Source: a phage
Sequence record: PX421306.1
Strand: one strand, 5' to 3'
DNA length: 64,000 bases
Below, one piece after another: positions 1-14,533 of this stretch. Within the stretch, counting starts at the first letter, position 1. Each line of letters begins with the position of its first letter. The notes beneath the pieces were generated by a model. It was not told where the DNA came from and did not search any database. It was given only the letters and a program-made list of their open reading frames with translations. The position numbers and the translations under genes are program-made.

Positions 1-2409
<2,409 letters not shown>

Positions 2410-2437
2410 TATTAAAGCATATTAAAGAGGATTAAAA

Positions 2438-4417
2438 ATGACTTTATTATCTCCGGGCATTGAGCTCAAAGAAACTACGGTTCAAAGCACCGTGGTTAAT
2501 AACTCTACTGGTACAGCAGCTTTGGCCGGTAAATTCCAGTGGGGTCCTGCTTTTCAAATTAAACAGGTTACAAATGAAGTAGATTTAGTTAATACTTTTG
2601 GTCAACCTACAGCTGAAACTGCTGACTATTTTATGTCTGCAATGAATTTCTTACAATACGGAAATGATTTGCGAGTTGTGCGTGCTGTCGATAGAGATAC
2701 CGCTAAAAACTCATCTCCAATTGCCGGTAATATTGAATACACTATTTCTACCCCAGGTAGTAACTACGCGGTTGGAGATAAAATCACGGTTAAGTATGTT
2801 TCAGAAGACATTGAAACAGAATGTAAAGTTACCGAAGTAGATGCTGATGGAAAAATTAAGAAAATTAATATTCCTACCGCAAAAATTATCGCTAAAGCGA
2901 AAGAAGTAGGCGAATATCCAGAATTAGGTTCTAACTGGACCGCGGAAATTTCTTCGTCTTCCTCTGGTTTAGCTGCAGTAATAACTCTTGGAAAAATTAT
3001 TACTGATTCTGGTATTTTATTAGCTGAAATTGAAAATGCCGAAGCTGCTATGACAGCGGTTGAATTTCAAGCAAATCTCGAAAAATATGGAATTCCAGGA
3101 GTAGTAGCTCTTTATCCAGGCGAGTTGGGCGATAAAATCGAAATCGAAATCGTATCTAAAGCTGACTACGCAAAAGGGGCTTCTGCATTACTCCCAATTT
3201 ATCCAGGTGGCGGAACACGCGCATCTACTGCCAAAGCAGTGTTTGGATATGGACCACAAACTGATTCACAATACGCTATTATAGTTCGTCGCAATGATGC
3301 TATTGTTCAAAGCGTTGTTCTTTCAACGAAGCGTGGTGAAAAAGATATTTACGATAGTAACATTTATATTGATGACTTTTTCGCAAAAGGTGGTTCAGAA
3401 TATATTTTCGCAACTGCACAAAATTGGCCAGAAGGCTTCTCTGGAATTTTAACTCTGTCTGGTGGATTATCGTCAAATGCTGAAGTAACAGCAGGAGATT
3501 TGATGGAAGCCTGGGACTTCTTTGCTGACCGTGAATCTGTTGACGTTCAGTTGTTTATTGCGGGTTCTTGCGCCGGCGAATCTTTAGAAACAGCATCTAC
3601 TGTCCAAAAACACGTCGTTTCAATTGGTGATGCTCGCCAAGATTGCTTAGTATTGTGCTCACCGCCGCGCGAAACTGTAGTTGGAATTCCTGTAACTCGT
3701 GCTGTTGATAACTTAGTCAATTGGAGAACTGCAGCAGGTTCATACACTGATAATAACTTTAATATCAGTTCAACCTACGCAGCAATTGATGGTAACTACA
3801 AGTATCAGTATGACAAATATAATGATGTGAATCGTTGGGTTCCATTAGCAGCTGATATTGCTGGTTTGTGTGCAAGAACTGATAACGTTTCTCAGACTTG
3901 GATGTCTCCAGCTGGTTATAATCGTGGTCAGATTCTTAACGTTATTAAACTTGCTATTGAAACTCGCCAGGCGCAGCGCGACCGTTTATACCAAGAAGCT
4001 ATCAACCCGGTAACCGGTACAGGTGGTGATGGTTACGTATTGTATGGTGATAAAACAGCTACTTCTGTTCCTTCTCCATTTGATCGTATTAACGTTCGTC
4101 GTCTGTTTAATATGTTAAAAACGAATATCGGACGTAGTTCAAAATATCGTTTGTTCGAATTAAACAACGCGTTTACTCGTTCATCGTTCCGCACAGAAAC
4201 TTCCCAGTACTTACAGGGAATTAAAGCTCTCGGTGGAATTTATGAATATCGTGTAGTTTGCGATACAACAAATAACACTCCGTCAGTAATTGATAGAAAT
4301 GAGTTTGTTGCAACATTCTACATTCAACCGGCTAGAAGCATTAACTACATTACCTTAAACTTCGTAGCAACTGCTACTGGTGCAGATTTCGATGAGTTAA
4401 CTGGTCTTGCAGGTTAA
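2438..4417 (+). CDS. 18: Tail sheath protein gp18 (659 aa)
   Basis: 659 aa, late promoter TATAAATA just upstream; T4 order 17-18-19. Confidence 0.96.
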   Translation: MTLLSPGIELKETTVQSTVVNNSTGTAALAGKFQWGPAFQIKQVTNEVDLVNTFGQPTAETADYFMSAMNFLQYGNDLRVVRAVDRDTAKNSSPIAGNIEYTISTPGSNYAVGDKITVKYVSEDIETECKVTEVDADGKIKKINIPTAKIIAKAKEVGEYPELGSNWTAEISSSSSGLAAVITLGKIITDSGILLAEIENAEAAMTAVEFQANLEKYGIPGVVALYPGELGDKIEIEIVSKADYAKGASALLPIYPGGGTRASTAKAVFGYGPQTDSQYAIIVRRNDAIVQSVVLSTKRGEKDIYDSNIYIDDFFAKGGSEYIFATAQNWPEGFSGILTLSGGLSSNAEVTAGDLMEAWDFFADRESVDVQLFIAGSCAGESLETASTVQKHVVSIGDARQDCLVLCSPPRETVVGIPVTRAVDNLVNWRTAAGSYTDNNFNISSTYAAIDGNYKYQYDKYNDVNRWVPLAADIAGLCARTDNVSQTWMSPAGYNRGQILNVIKLAIETRQAQRDRLYQEAINPVTGTGGDGYVLYGDKTATSVPSPFDRINVRRLFNMLKTNIGRSSKYRLFELNNAFTRSSFRTETSQYLQGIKALGGIYEYRVVCDTTNNTPSVIDRNEFVATFYIQPARSINYITLNFVATATGADFDELTGLAG

Positions 4418-4452
4418 TACGGTGCATTCTAAAGGCCTGTTTCGGCAGGCCA

Positions 4453-4460
4453 TATAAATA
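4453..4460 (+). promoter_or_regulatory. Late promoter TATAAATA (upstream of gene 19, distal)
   Basis: Exact octamer. Confidence 0.55.
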
Positions 4461-4511
4461 CACTATATCCTTAATTCTTTAATTCTATATGCCCTAGGTT
4501 AAACATAGGGA

Positions 4512-4519
4512 TATAAATA
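4512..4519 (+). promoter_or_regulatory. Late promoter TATAAATA (gene 19, proximal)
   Basis: Exact octamer 15 nt upstream of ATG. Confidence 0.7.
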
Positions 4520-4533
4520 CTACAGAGGCTAAT

Positions 4534-5025
4534 ATGTTTGTAGATGATGTAACACGAGCGTTTGAATCTGGTGATTTTGCTCGACCTAACTTATTCCAAG
4601 TAGAAATTTCTTATCTTGGACAAAATTTTACGTTTCAATGTAAAGCCACTGCTTTACCAGCTGGTATTGTAGAAAAAATTCCAGTCGGATTCATGAACCG
4701 TAAAATTAACGTAGCAGGCGATCGTACATTCGATGACTGGACTGTTACAGTAATGAACGATGAGGCACATGATGCTCGCCAGAAGTTTGTTGATTGGCAA
4801 AGCATTGCTGCTGGGCAAGGGAACGAAATTACTGGTGGAAAACCAGCAGAGTATAAAAAGAGCGCTGTTGTTCGCCAATATGCTCGTGACGCTAAAACTG
4901 TAACAAAAGAAGTCGAAATTAAAGGCTTGTGGCCTACCAACGTGGGTGAACTTCAATTAGATTGGGATTCAAACAATGAAATCCAAACCTTTGAAGTAAC
5001 TCTCGCTCTCGATTATTGGGAATAA
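4534..5025 (+). CDS. 19: Tail tube protein gp19 (163 aa)
   Basis: 163 aa, two TATAAATA motifs upstream. Confidence 0.95.
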   Translation: MFVDDVTRAFESGDFARPNLFQVEISYLGQNFTFQCKATALPAGIVEKIPVGFMNRKINVAGDRTFDDWTVTVMNDEAHDARQKFVDWQSIAAGQGNEITGGKPAEYKKSAVVRQYARDAKTVTKEVEIKGLWPTNVGELQLDWDSNNEIQTFEVTLALDYWE

Positions 5026-5057
5026 AATGAATGGGGAGAAATCCCCATCCTGCTTAA

Positions 5058-6682
<1,625 letters not shown>

Positions 6683-6683
<1 letters not shown>

Positions 6684-6928
6684 TGGAAGGTTTAATTGAA
6701 GCTATTAAATCAAACGACCTCGTAGCCGCTCGTAAATTATTTGCTGAAGCCATGGCTGCAAGAACGATTGATTTAATTAAAGAAGAAAAAATCGCTATCG
6801 CTCGTAATTTCTTAATCGAAGGTGAAGAACCTGAAGACGAGGATGATGAAGACGAAGATAGTGATGATAAAGACGACAAAAAAGACAAAGACTCTGACGA
6901 AGATGACGAAGACGAGGATGATGAATAA
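6683..6928 (+). CDS. 67: Prohead core protein gp67 with polyacidic C-terminal tail
   Basis: 81 aa, Asp/Glu-rich tail, between portal and gp68. Confidence 0.85.
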
Positions 6929-7353
6929 TGCTTCTGATCCCTGAAACTCATGAATTAGTTCTCGAGAATGTCGAAGCACTTATTCCTGAAGCACAGGGTC
7001 GCTTTGACGAATTGTCTTCTGCTTTAAATAAAGACGATATAAATACAATTATCGAGAATATGCTTGATGATGAAACTGATTTAGCAGTTGCATTAGCTTC
7101 TATTAATGAAAATATGCCGTTAAATGAATTCATTGTTAAGCATGTTTCAGCTCGTGGTGAAATTACACGTACTAAAGACCGCAAAACGCGCGAACGTAAT
7201 GCATTTCAAACCACTGGGCTGTCTAAAGCAAAACGTAGACAAATTGCTCGCAAAGCTACCAAAACGAAGATTGCCAATCCAGCAGGTCAATCTCGTGCTC
7301 AGCGTAAGCGTAAAAAAGCTCTTAAACGCCGTAAAGCATTAGGATTAAGCTAA
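6928..7353 (+). CDS. 68: Prohead core protein gp68 (141 aa)
   Basis: Length and position; basic C-terminus. Confidence 0.85.
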   Translation: MLLIPETHELVLENVEALIPEAQGRFDELSSALNKDDINTIIENMLDDETDLAVALASINENMPLNEFIVKHVSARGEITRTKDRKTRERNAFQTTGLSKAKRRQIARKATKTKIANPAGQSRAQRKRKKALKRRKALGLS

Positions 7354-7991
7354 TGAATGAACCCCAATTACTAATTGAAACTTGGGGTCAACCTGGCGAA
7401 ATTATTGATGGCGTGCCAATGCTTGAATCTCATGATGGAAAAGACTTAGGTTTAAAACCTGGTTTATACATCGAAGGAATATTCATGCAAGCGGAAGTCG
7501 TCAATAGAAATAAACGTCTTTATCCAAAACGCATATTAGAAAAAGCGGTAAAAGACTATATTAATGAGCAAGTTTTAACTAAACAAGCTCTCGGAGAATT
7601 AAATCATCCTCCACGCGCTAATGTTGACCCGATGCAAGCCGCTATCATTATAGAAGATATGTGGTGGAAAGGAAATGACGTATACGGACGAGCTCGTGTT
7701 ATTGAAGGTGACCACGGTCCTGGAGATAAATTAGCAGCTAATATTCGTGCCGGATGGATTCCAGGAGTTTCTTCTCGTGGATTAGGTTCATTGACTGACA
7801 CAAATAAAGGTTATCGTATCGTAAACGAAGGATTCAAATTAACTGTAGGTGTTGATGCAGTATGGGGTCCAAGTGCTCCAGATGCATGGGTAACTCCTAA
7901 GGAAATTACCGAATCACAGACGGCGGAAGCCGATACAAGTGCCGATGACGCCTATATGGCTCTCGCAGAGGCCATGAAAAAAGCGTTATAA
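7353..7991 (+). CDS. 21: Prohead protease gp21 (212 aa)
   Basis: 212 aa between gp68 and scaffold gp22, T4 order. Confidence 0.94.
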   Translation: MNEPQLLIETWGQPGEIIDGVPMLESHDGKDLGLKPGLYIEGIFMQAEVVNRNKRLYPKRILEKAVKDYINEQVLTKQALGELNHPPRANVDPMQAAIIIEDMWWKGNDVYGRARVIEGDHGPGDKLAANIRAGWIPGVSSRGLGSLTDTNKGYRIVNEGFKLTVGVDAVWGPSAPDAWVTPKEITESQTAEADTSADDAYMALAEAMKKAL

Positions 7992-7994
7992 ATA
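7987..7994 (+). promoter_or_regulatory. Late promoter TATAAATA (gene 22)
   Basis: Exact octamer. Confidence 0.7.
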
Positions 7995-8021
7995 TTATTA
8001 TCTAAACAACAGGACTACAAA

Positions 8022-8831
8022 ATGCTTAAAGAACAACTGATTGCTGAAGCGCAAAAAATTGATGCTTCCGTTGCTCTTGATAGTATTTTCGAATCAGTTA
8101 ATATTTCTCCGGAAGCAAAAGAAACTTTCGGCACTGTATTCGAAGCTACCGTCAAGCAGCACGCCGTTAAATTAGCTGAATCTCATATCGCTAAAATTGC
8201 TGAAAAAGCAGAAGAAGAAGTAGAAAAAAATAAAGAAGAAGCCGAAGAAAAAGCTGAGAAGAAAATCGCTGAGCAAGCTTCTAAATTCATCGACCATCTT
8301 GCGAAAGAATGGCTCGCCGAAAATAAATTAGCAGTTGATAAAGGCATCAAAGCCGAACTGTTTGAATCCATGCTTGGTGGATTAAAAGAGCTCTTTGTTG
8401 AACACAACGTTGTTGTTCCAGAAGAATCAGTTGATGTTGTGGCTGAAATGGAAGAAGAGCTGCAAGAACATAAAGAAGAATCAGCTCGTCTGTTCGAAGA
8501 ACTCAATATGCGCGACGCATATATCAATTATGTGCAGCGTGAAGTGGCATTGAGCGAAAGTACTAAAGATCTGACTGAGTCTCAAAAAGAAAAAGTCTCT
8601 GCTCTGGTCGAAGGTATGGATTATTCAGATGAATTCTCAAATAAATTGAGTGCCATCGTAGAAATGGTGAAGAAGTCTAATAAAGATGAAAGCACTATTA
8701 CTGAGAGTATAAATACTCCTGATACTGAAGCAGCCGGACTGAATTTCGTCACTGAAGCTGTAGAAGATAAAGCTGCACCTGGTGCAGAAGATATTGTAAG
8801 TGTATATGCGAAAGTCGCATCTCGTTTCTAA
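8022..8831 (+). CDS. 22: Prohead scaffold/core protein gp22 (269 aa)
   Basis: Coiled-coil, Glu/Lys-rich 269 aa; TATAAATA at 7987-7994. Confidence 0.93.
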   Translation: MLKEQLIAEAQKIDASVALDSIFESVNISPEAKETFGTVFEATVKQHAVKLAESHIAKIAEKAEEEVEKNKEEAEEKAEKKIAEQASKFIDHLAKEWLAENKLAVDKGIKAELFESMLGGLKELFVEHNVVVPEESVDVVAEMEEELQEHKEESARLFEELNMRDAYINYVQREVALSESTKDLTESQKEKVSALVEGMDYSDEFSNKLSAIVEMVKKSNKDESTITESINTPDTEAAGLNFVTEAVEDKAAPGAEDIVSVYAKVASRF

Positions 8832-8849
8832 TTTTAAAGGTTAACACAA

Positions 8850-10415
8850 ATGACTATCAAAACTAAAGCTGAACTTTTGAACAAATGGAAGCCATTACTG
8901 GAAGGTGAAGGTTTACCGGAAATTGCTAATAGCAAACAAGCGATTATCGCTAAAATCTTTGAAAACCAGGAAAAAGATTTCCAGACAGCTCCAGAGTACA
9001 AAGACGAAAAAATCGCTCAGGCGTTCGGTTCTTTCTTAACAGAAGCTGAAATCGGTGGTGACCACGGTTACAATGCTACTAACATCGCTGCTGGTCAGAC
9101 TTCTGGCGCAGTAACTCAGATTGGCCCAGCTGTTATGGGTATGGTACGTCGTGCTATTCCTAACCTGATTGCTTTCGATATTTGCGGTGTTCAGCCGATG
9201 AACAGCCCGACTGGCCAGGTATTCGCACTGCGCGCAGTATATGGTAAAGACCCAATCGCTTCCGGTGCTAAAGAAGCATTCCACCCAATGTATGGCCCAG
9301 ATGCAATGTTCTCTGGTCAGGGTGCTGCTAAGAAATTCCCGGCTCTGGCTGCTAGCACAGAAACCACAGTAGGTGATATCTATACTCACTTCTTCCAGGA
9401 CACTGGTACTGTGTATCTGCAGGCTTCTGCTCAAGTAACAATTAGTGCAAGCGCAACTGATGCAGCTAAATTAGATGCTGAAATTAAGAAACAAATGGAA
9501 GCTGGTGCATTGGTAGAAATCGCTGAAGGTATGGCTACTTCTATCGCTGAACTCCAGGAAGGTTTCAACGGTTCTACCGATAACCCATGGAATGAAATGG
9601 GCTTCCGTATCGATAAACAAGTTATCGAAGCTAAATCTCGCCAGCTGAAAGCTGCTTACTCTATCGAATTAGCACAAGACCTCCGCGCTGTTCACGGTAT
9701 GGATGCTGATGCCGAACTGTCTGGTATTCTGGCTACCGAAATCATGCTGGAAATCAACCGTGAAGTTGTTGATTGGATTAACTACTCGGCTCAGGTTGGT
9801 AAATCTGGTATGACCCTGACTCCAGGTTCTAAAGCTGGTGTATTTGACTTCCAGGATCCGATTGATATTCGTGGTGCTCGCTGGGCGGGTGAATCCTTTA
9901 AAGCTCTGTTGTTCCAGATTGACAAAGAAGCAGTTGAAATTGCTCGTCAGACCGGTCGTGGTGAAGGTAACTTCATTATCGCTTCCCGTAACGTAGTTAA
10001 CGTTCTGGCTTCAGTTGATACTGGCATTTCTTATGCTGCACAGGGTCTGGCTACCGGCTTTAACACTGATACTACCAAGTCAGTATTTGCTGGTGTTCTG
10101 GGTGGTAAATACCGTGTATATATCGACCAGTATGCTAAACAGGATTATTTCACTGTAGGTTATAAAGGTCCGAACGAAATGGATGCTGGTATTTACTATG
10201 CTCCATATGTAGCTCTGACTCCGCTGCGTGGTTCCGATCCGAAGAACTTCCAACCAGTAATGGGATTCAAAACTCGTTACGGTATCGGTATCAACCCATT
10301 TGCAGAATCCGCTGCTCAGGCTCCGGCTTCTCGCATCCAGAGCGGTATGCCTTCTATTCTGAATAGCCTTGGTAAAAACGCTTACTTCCGCCGTGTATAT
10401 GTTAAAGGTATCTAA
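8850..10415 (+). CDS. 23: Major capsid protein gp23 (521 aa)
   Basis: N-terminus MTIKTKAELLNKWKPLLEGEGLPEIANSKQ... is the T4 gp23 signature; 521 aa. Confidence 0.98.
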   Translation: MTIKTKAELLNKWKPLLEGEGLPEIANSKQAIIAKIFENQEKDFQTAPEYKDEKIAQAFGSFLTEAEIGGDHGYNATNIAAGQTSGAVTQIGPAVMGMVRRAIPNLIAFDICGVQPMNSPTGQVFALRAVYGKDPIASGAKEAFHPMYGPDAMFSGQGAAKKFPALAASTETTVGDIYTHFFQDTGTVYLQASAQVTISASATDAAKLDAEIKKQMEAGALVEIAEGMATSIAELQEGFNGSTDNPWNEMGFRIDKQVIEAKSRQLKAAYSIELAQDLRAVHGMDADAELSGILATEIMLEINREVVDWINYSAQVGKSGMTLTPGSKAGVFDFQDPIDIRGARWAGESFKALLFQIDKEAVEIARQTGRGEGNFIIASRNVVNVLASVDTGISYAAQGLATGFNTDTTKSVFAGVLGGKYRVYIDQYAKQDYFTVGYKGPNEMDAGIYYAPYVALTPLRGSDPKNFQPVMGFKTRYGIGINPFAESAAQAPASRIQSGMPSILNSLGKNAYFRRVYVKGI

Positions 10416-10428
10416 TCTTTGACGATTT

Positions 10429-10456
10429 AAGGGACCTTCGGGTCCCTTTAGTTGTT
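10429..10456 (+). terminator. Intrinsic terminator after gene 23 (GGGACC-TTCG-GGTCCC + T-run)
   Basis: GC stem, UUCG tetraloop, U-run. Confidence 0.8.
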
Positions 10457-10463
10457 TTTATGG

Positions 10464-10471
10464 TATAAATA
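10464..10471 (+). promoter_or_regulatory. Late promoter TATAAATA (gene 24)
   Basis: Exact octamer after the gene 23 terminator. Confidence 0.7.
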
Positions 10472-10498
10472 AATCATATAAACCAAAAGGAAAGCGCA

Positions 10499-11782
10499 AT
10501 GGCTAAAATCAACGAACTTCTGCGCGAATCAACCACAACGAATAGCAACTCAATCGGTCGCCCAAATCTCGTTGCTTTGACTCGCGCTACCACTAAATTA
10601 ATATATTCTGACATTGTAGCAACGCAAAGAACTAATCAACCTGTTGCTGCTTTTTATGGTATCAAATACCTTAACCCAGATAACGAATTTACATTTAAAA
10701 CTGGTGCTACTTACGCTGGCGAAGCTGGGTACGTAGACCGAGAACAAATCACAGAATTAACAGAAGAGTCTAAATTAACTCTCAATAAAGGCGATTTATT
10801 CAAATATAATAATATCGTTTATAAAGTATTAGAAGATACACCATTTGCTGATATTGAAGAAAGCGATTTAGAATTAGCTCTTCAGATTGCAATTGTTCTT
10901 TTAAAGGTTCGTCTATTTTCTGATGCAGCATCAACAAGCAAATTTGAAAGCTCTGATAGCGAAATTGCGGATGCTAGATTCCAGATTAATAAATGGCAAA
11001 CCGCAGTTAAATCTCGTAAACTTAAAACTGGCATCACAGTTGAATTAGCACAAGATTTAGAAGCAAATGGATTCGATGCTCCTAATTTCTTGGAAGATTT
11101 GCTTGCAACTGAAATGGCGGATGAAATCAATAAAGATATTCTGCAGTCTTTGATTACAGTGTCAAAACGCTATAAAGTTACAGGAATTACTGATACTGGA
11201 TTCATTGATTTGAGTTATGCATCTGCACCTGAAGCTGGTCGTTCATTATACCGAATGGTGTGTGAAATGGTTTCGCATATCCAAAAAGAATCAACTTATA
11301 CTGCAACGTTCTGTGTTGCTTCAGCTCGTGCCGCTGCGATTCTTGCTGCATCAGGTTGGTTAAAACATAAACCAGAAGATGATAAATATCTTTCACAAAA
11401 TGCCTATGGGTTCTTAGCTAATGGTTTACCGCTTTATTGCGATACTAACAGCCCATTAGATTATGTAATCGTTGGCGTAGTAGAAAATATTGGTGAAAAA
11501 GAAATTGTCGGATCAATTTTCTATGCTCCGTATACAGAAGGTCTTGACTTAGATGACCCTGAACATGTAGGTGCATTTAAAGTTGTAGTTGATCCAGAAA
11601 GCTTACAACCATCTATCGGTTTATTGGTTAGATATGCTTTATCTGCAAATCCTTACACTGTAGCAAAAGATGAAAAAGAAGCAAGAATAATTGATGGTGG
11701 AGACATGGATAAAATGGCGGGTCGTTCAGATTTGTCTGTTTTATTAGGTGTTAAATTACCAAAAATTATCGTTGATGAATAA
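10499..11782 (+). CDS. 24: Capsid vertex protein gp24 (427 aa)
   Basis: 427 aa gp23 paralog position; TATAAATA at 10464-10471. Confidence 0.95.
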   Translation: MAKINELLRESTTTNSNSIGRPNLVALTRATTKLIYSDIVATQRTNQPVAAFYGIKYLNPDNEFTFKTGATYAGEAGYVDREQITELTEESKLTLNKGDLFKYNNIVYKVLEDTPFADIEESDLELALQIAIVLLKVRLFSDAASTSKFESSDSEIADARFQINKWQTAVKSRKLKTGITVELAQDLEANGFDAPNFLEDLLATEMADEINKDILQSLITVSKRYKVTGITDTGFIDLSYASAPEAGRSLYRMVCEMVSHIQKESTYTATFCVASARAAAILAASGWLKHKPEDDKYLSQNAYGFLANGLPLYCDTNSPLDYVIVGVVENIGEKEIVGSIFYAPYTEGLDLDDPEHVGAFKVVVDPESLQPSIGLLVRYALSANPYTVAKDEKEARIIDGGDMDKMAGRSDLSVLLGVKLPKIIVDE

Positions 11783-11785
11783 AAC

Positions 11786-11811
11786 AAAGGGACCAAAAGG
11801 TCCCTTTTATT
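11786..11811. terminator. Bidirectional hairpin terminator between gene 24 and rnlB
   Basis: AGGGACC-AAAA-GGTCCCT flanked by A/T runs on both sides. Confidence 0.75.
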
Positions 11812-12815
11812 TAACTTACCAATTCAATCCAAGCCGGACGAAGTACATCTTGTACCATTTTAACTAATTCCTTTTTAATCAAAGAAGGATTATCCGCTTG
11901 AGTTAGAGTAATACCTTCACGAGAAGTTTCTTCCAAAATATCTTGAACAGTTAGCCCCATCACCTTTCCAAAATCTTTTGGACCAATTTCGCCAATTTTA
12001 GAAATAACATTATTTACTCGGTTCAGTGTAACGTAGCAAGCTAAAATTCCCAGCAATTTATTATCAGCTTCTGACAACTCAACTTTAGCTTTAATAGGCT
12101 TATCAGACTTTTTCTTTTCGCTAAATTTAGAGTTCTTGCATTTAATAGCGACACGATTGCCATTAGGCATCCAAGAAGGATAACAAGGTTTCAATACATA
12201 TCCTTCAGCAGTAAATACTTCGCCTTTTGCTTCGGCATTCCAAACGCATTTATTTGCATCAACTAATCCAGCATGGTCTACTGTAAAATTATAATCCTGG
12301 ACGACAGAATCTAAATCATTTGGCAATTTAATAAGTTCTTCAAATTTACCACGACCCAAAAGTGGAGCCATTTTAAATTTGAATGTATTACAGAATGATT
12401 CCATCATATAATCATCGACATAAGTCACATCACCACTTTCTGTAGTAACAATAATGTCAAATACATAAAAATCTTTATCACCATAATCGACATTCTTCTG
12501 AATGCCAGGTCCAGCGAATTCGCCGAAGACTTGATAAGATACAACTGCCGAAGTTTCCATAATATCTTGTACTGCTTTAATGGAATCAGCGTAATTCTTT
12601 AGAATAATTTCATACCCAAAGAAATCTTCAGCAGGAAGAATCGGTCCAGTACGTTTAGCACAAGTTGCTTTATCGCGTTCAATAATCAGTGAGAAATTTG
12701 TGCCATGAATCTTTTCACGAGCTACCCATTCGCCGCCAGTCAATCTTAAACTGTAAAGTTTTTCAATGAACTTAGAATTGTAATGATTTTCAAGACTGCT
12801 ATACTTTTTAAACAT
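11811..12815 (-). CDS. rnlB: RNA ligase 2 (334 aa)
   Basis: 334 aa with ligase lysine motif (REKIHGTNF); T4 position after gene 24. Confidence 0.9.
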   Translation of the reverse strand: MFKKYSSLENHYNSKFIEKLYSLRLTGGEWVAREKIHGTNFSLIIERDKATCAKRTGPILPAEDFFGYEIILKNYADSIKAVQDIMETSAVVSYQVFGEFAGPGIQKNVDYGDKDFYVFDIIVTTESGDVTYVDDYMMESFCNTFKFKMAPLLGRGKFEELIKLPNDLDSVVQDYNFTVDHAGLVDANKCVWNAEAKGEVFTAEGYVLKPCYPSWMPNGNRVAIKCKNSKFSEKKKSDKPIKAKVELSEADNKLLGILACYVTLNRVNNVISKIGEIGPKDFGKVMGLTVQDILEETSREGITLTQADNPSLIKKELVKMVQDVLRPAWIELVS

Positions 12816-12824
12816 AATTAATCC

Positions 12825-13103
12825 TCAAAATGTAATTTCTAACCAATCACCATCACGCTGATCACTATTGACTTTAAAGCTAAATCCTTCTTTTCTCAGC
12901 CAATCACCAATTTCTTCAGTAATCAATTTATCGCGAGCAGTACAATAATAACTAAAATATGTTTTACCTTGTTCAGCTGCTTTATTAGCAAGTTCCGAAA
13001 AATCTTTAATAAAACACTCTAGTTTAAACTGTTTACTTTTAAGTGCTTTTTCGCGTAATTGATTAGCAAAAGATTCATTTTCATAAAGATCATACTGTTC
13101 CAT
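12825..13103 (-). CDS. 24.2: Hypothetical protein (24.2-like)
   Basis: 92-aa ORF in T4 24.2 position. Confidence 0.55.
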   Translation of the reverse strand: MEQYDLYENESFANQLREKALKSKQFKLECFIKDFSELANKAAEQGKTYFSYYCTARDKLITEEIGDWLRKEGFSFKVNSDQRDGDWLEITF

Positions 13104-13305
13104 TTTTCACCTTTTTATTAATATGTCTTTTTCTATAGACAACTTTTTCTCGAGTCTCAAATTTATTCTTAGCAGTCATAGCTCGAGCCCATAATATAGC
13201 CACTTCTTTCGCCTGTAAGTTCAATTCACGAGCAATTTCAATGAATGACTTTCCAGACTCATGGAGTGTAAACACCACAACCTCAGTTCTCATAATCAAT
13301 CTCAT
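13090..13305 (-). CDS. 24.3: Hypothetical small protein (24.3-like), possible HTH
   Basis: 71-aa ORF in T4 24.3 position. Confidence 0.5.
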   Translation of the reverse strand: MRLIMRTEVVVFTLHESGKSFIEIARELNLQAKEVAILWARAMTAKNKFETREKVVYRKRHINKKVKNGTV

Positions 13306-13360
13306 GTTATCGAGTTGGTGCCATTATATACATCATTTTCTGAGTGTGTTTTATTTGCTT

Positions 13361-13390
13361 TCAAAATGAAGAAAGGGGCCGAAGCCCCTA
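13361..13390 (-). terminator. Terminator after hoc
   Basis: GGGGC-UUCG-GCCCC followed by U-rich tract on minus strand. Confidence 0.65.
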
Positions 13391-13393
13391 AGA

Positions 13394-14524
13394 TTATGGA
13401 TAGGTATAGATGATACCAGTTTCTAAAGCAGTTTTATGAATGATGTATCCATTGCGTGATTCTTGAACATCAACTTCTGGATAGTCTTTCATCATCTTCT
13501 GAAGAGTGTAACGATGCAAGTAGTACTTACTATCTGGGTCGTCAGTTTTCCAATCTTTACCTTCTTCAGTCATTTTTTGGATTTCATCCATAACCCACCA
13601 ACCGCACCAGATATAAGCTGAAGTACGATGTGGAAGAGGATGAACATAAGGTAATTCACCTTCTGGTTCCGGAGCAACTTTATCAGTTACCTGAACTTGA
13701 CCTTCTGCTGTGATAGTTTTGCTATCATAGTCAGTAGCGGTAACAGTTGCAGTAACTTCAATAGTTTGACTTCCAATAGATGATGTATCAACAGTGTATA
13801 CATTAGTTGACCCTTCTACTGGAGAAGAATCTTTCTTCCATGAATACGCAATTTGTGCTTCTTCCGGAGCATCCGTAACGTTAGCAGTAAATGTAGCCGA
13901 AGCATCTTGCTGAACGTTAATAGAAGGAGGAGTCAATGTAACCTGTGGATTCATTGTCTTCTTATTAACAGTCAGTGATACTTCATTAGAAGTAACTTCC
14001 TTTGCATCATAATCTGCCGCAGTTACTTGAGCTACACACTTAATTGTTTTAACTCCGCTTGTGGAAGGAGTGTAATTGAATGTAGCAGAAGTTGCTTCGC
14101 CCACAGGAGAACCGTCAACGTACCATTGATACGTAGCAGATGCGCCTGATGGTTGAGAAGCTAAAGCAGCAGTAAATTCAACAGGAGTTCCAATCACTCC
14201 AGCAGCAGGACTATCAGGAGTTACAGCTAAGGTAGTTGTTTGTGTCTTATTTTGAACTGTGATAGTTGTACTAATTTCAGCTGTTTCGGGACTACTATCG
14301 GCAACTTGATTGGTTGCAACTACTTTAATAGTCTTTTGACCGGCAGGTCCTTTTAGTACATAACTAAAAGTTGCTTCAGTTCCATCTTGTGGAACATCGT
14401 CTACAGTCCAAGCATATGTAATAGGTCCATCTCCAGTTTGACCACTGGGTGTAGCAGTAAACTGCTGAGTCTGATCTATAACTCCAGTAGGTGTTTTAGG
14501 AGTTATATCAACTGTAAAAGCCAT
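13394..14524 (-). CDS. hoc: Hoc, highly immunogenic outer capsid protein (376 aa, Ig-like repeats)
   Basis: 376 aa, repeated Thr/Val-rich Ig-like segments, T4 position. Confidence 0.9.
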   Translation of the reverse strand: MAFTVDITPKTPTGVIDQTQQFTATPSGQTGDGPITYAWTVDDVPQDGTEATFSYVLKGPAGQKTIKVVATNQVADSSPETAEISTTITVQNKTQTTTLAVTPDSPAAGVIGTPVEFTAALASQPSGASATYQWYVDGSPVGEATSATFNYTPSTSGVKTIKCVAQVTAADYDAKEVTSNEVSLTVNKKTMNPQVTLTPPSINVQQDASATFTANVTDAPEEAQIAYSWKKDSSPVEGSTNVYTVDTSSIGSQTIEVTATVTATDYDSKTITAEGQVQVTDKVAPEPEGELPYVHPLPHRTSAYIWCGWWVMDEIQKMTEEGKDWKTDDPDSKYYLHRYTLQKMMKDYPEVDVQESRNGYIIHKTALETGIIYTYP

Positions 14525-14533
14525 AAGTTATCC

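Noticed and set aside
7124-7342. 72-aa plus-strand ORF inside gene 68
   Set aside because: Alternative frame of the gp68 basic C-terminus; no independent start signals.
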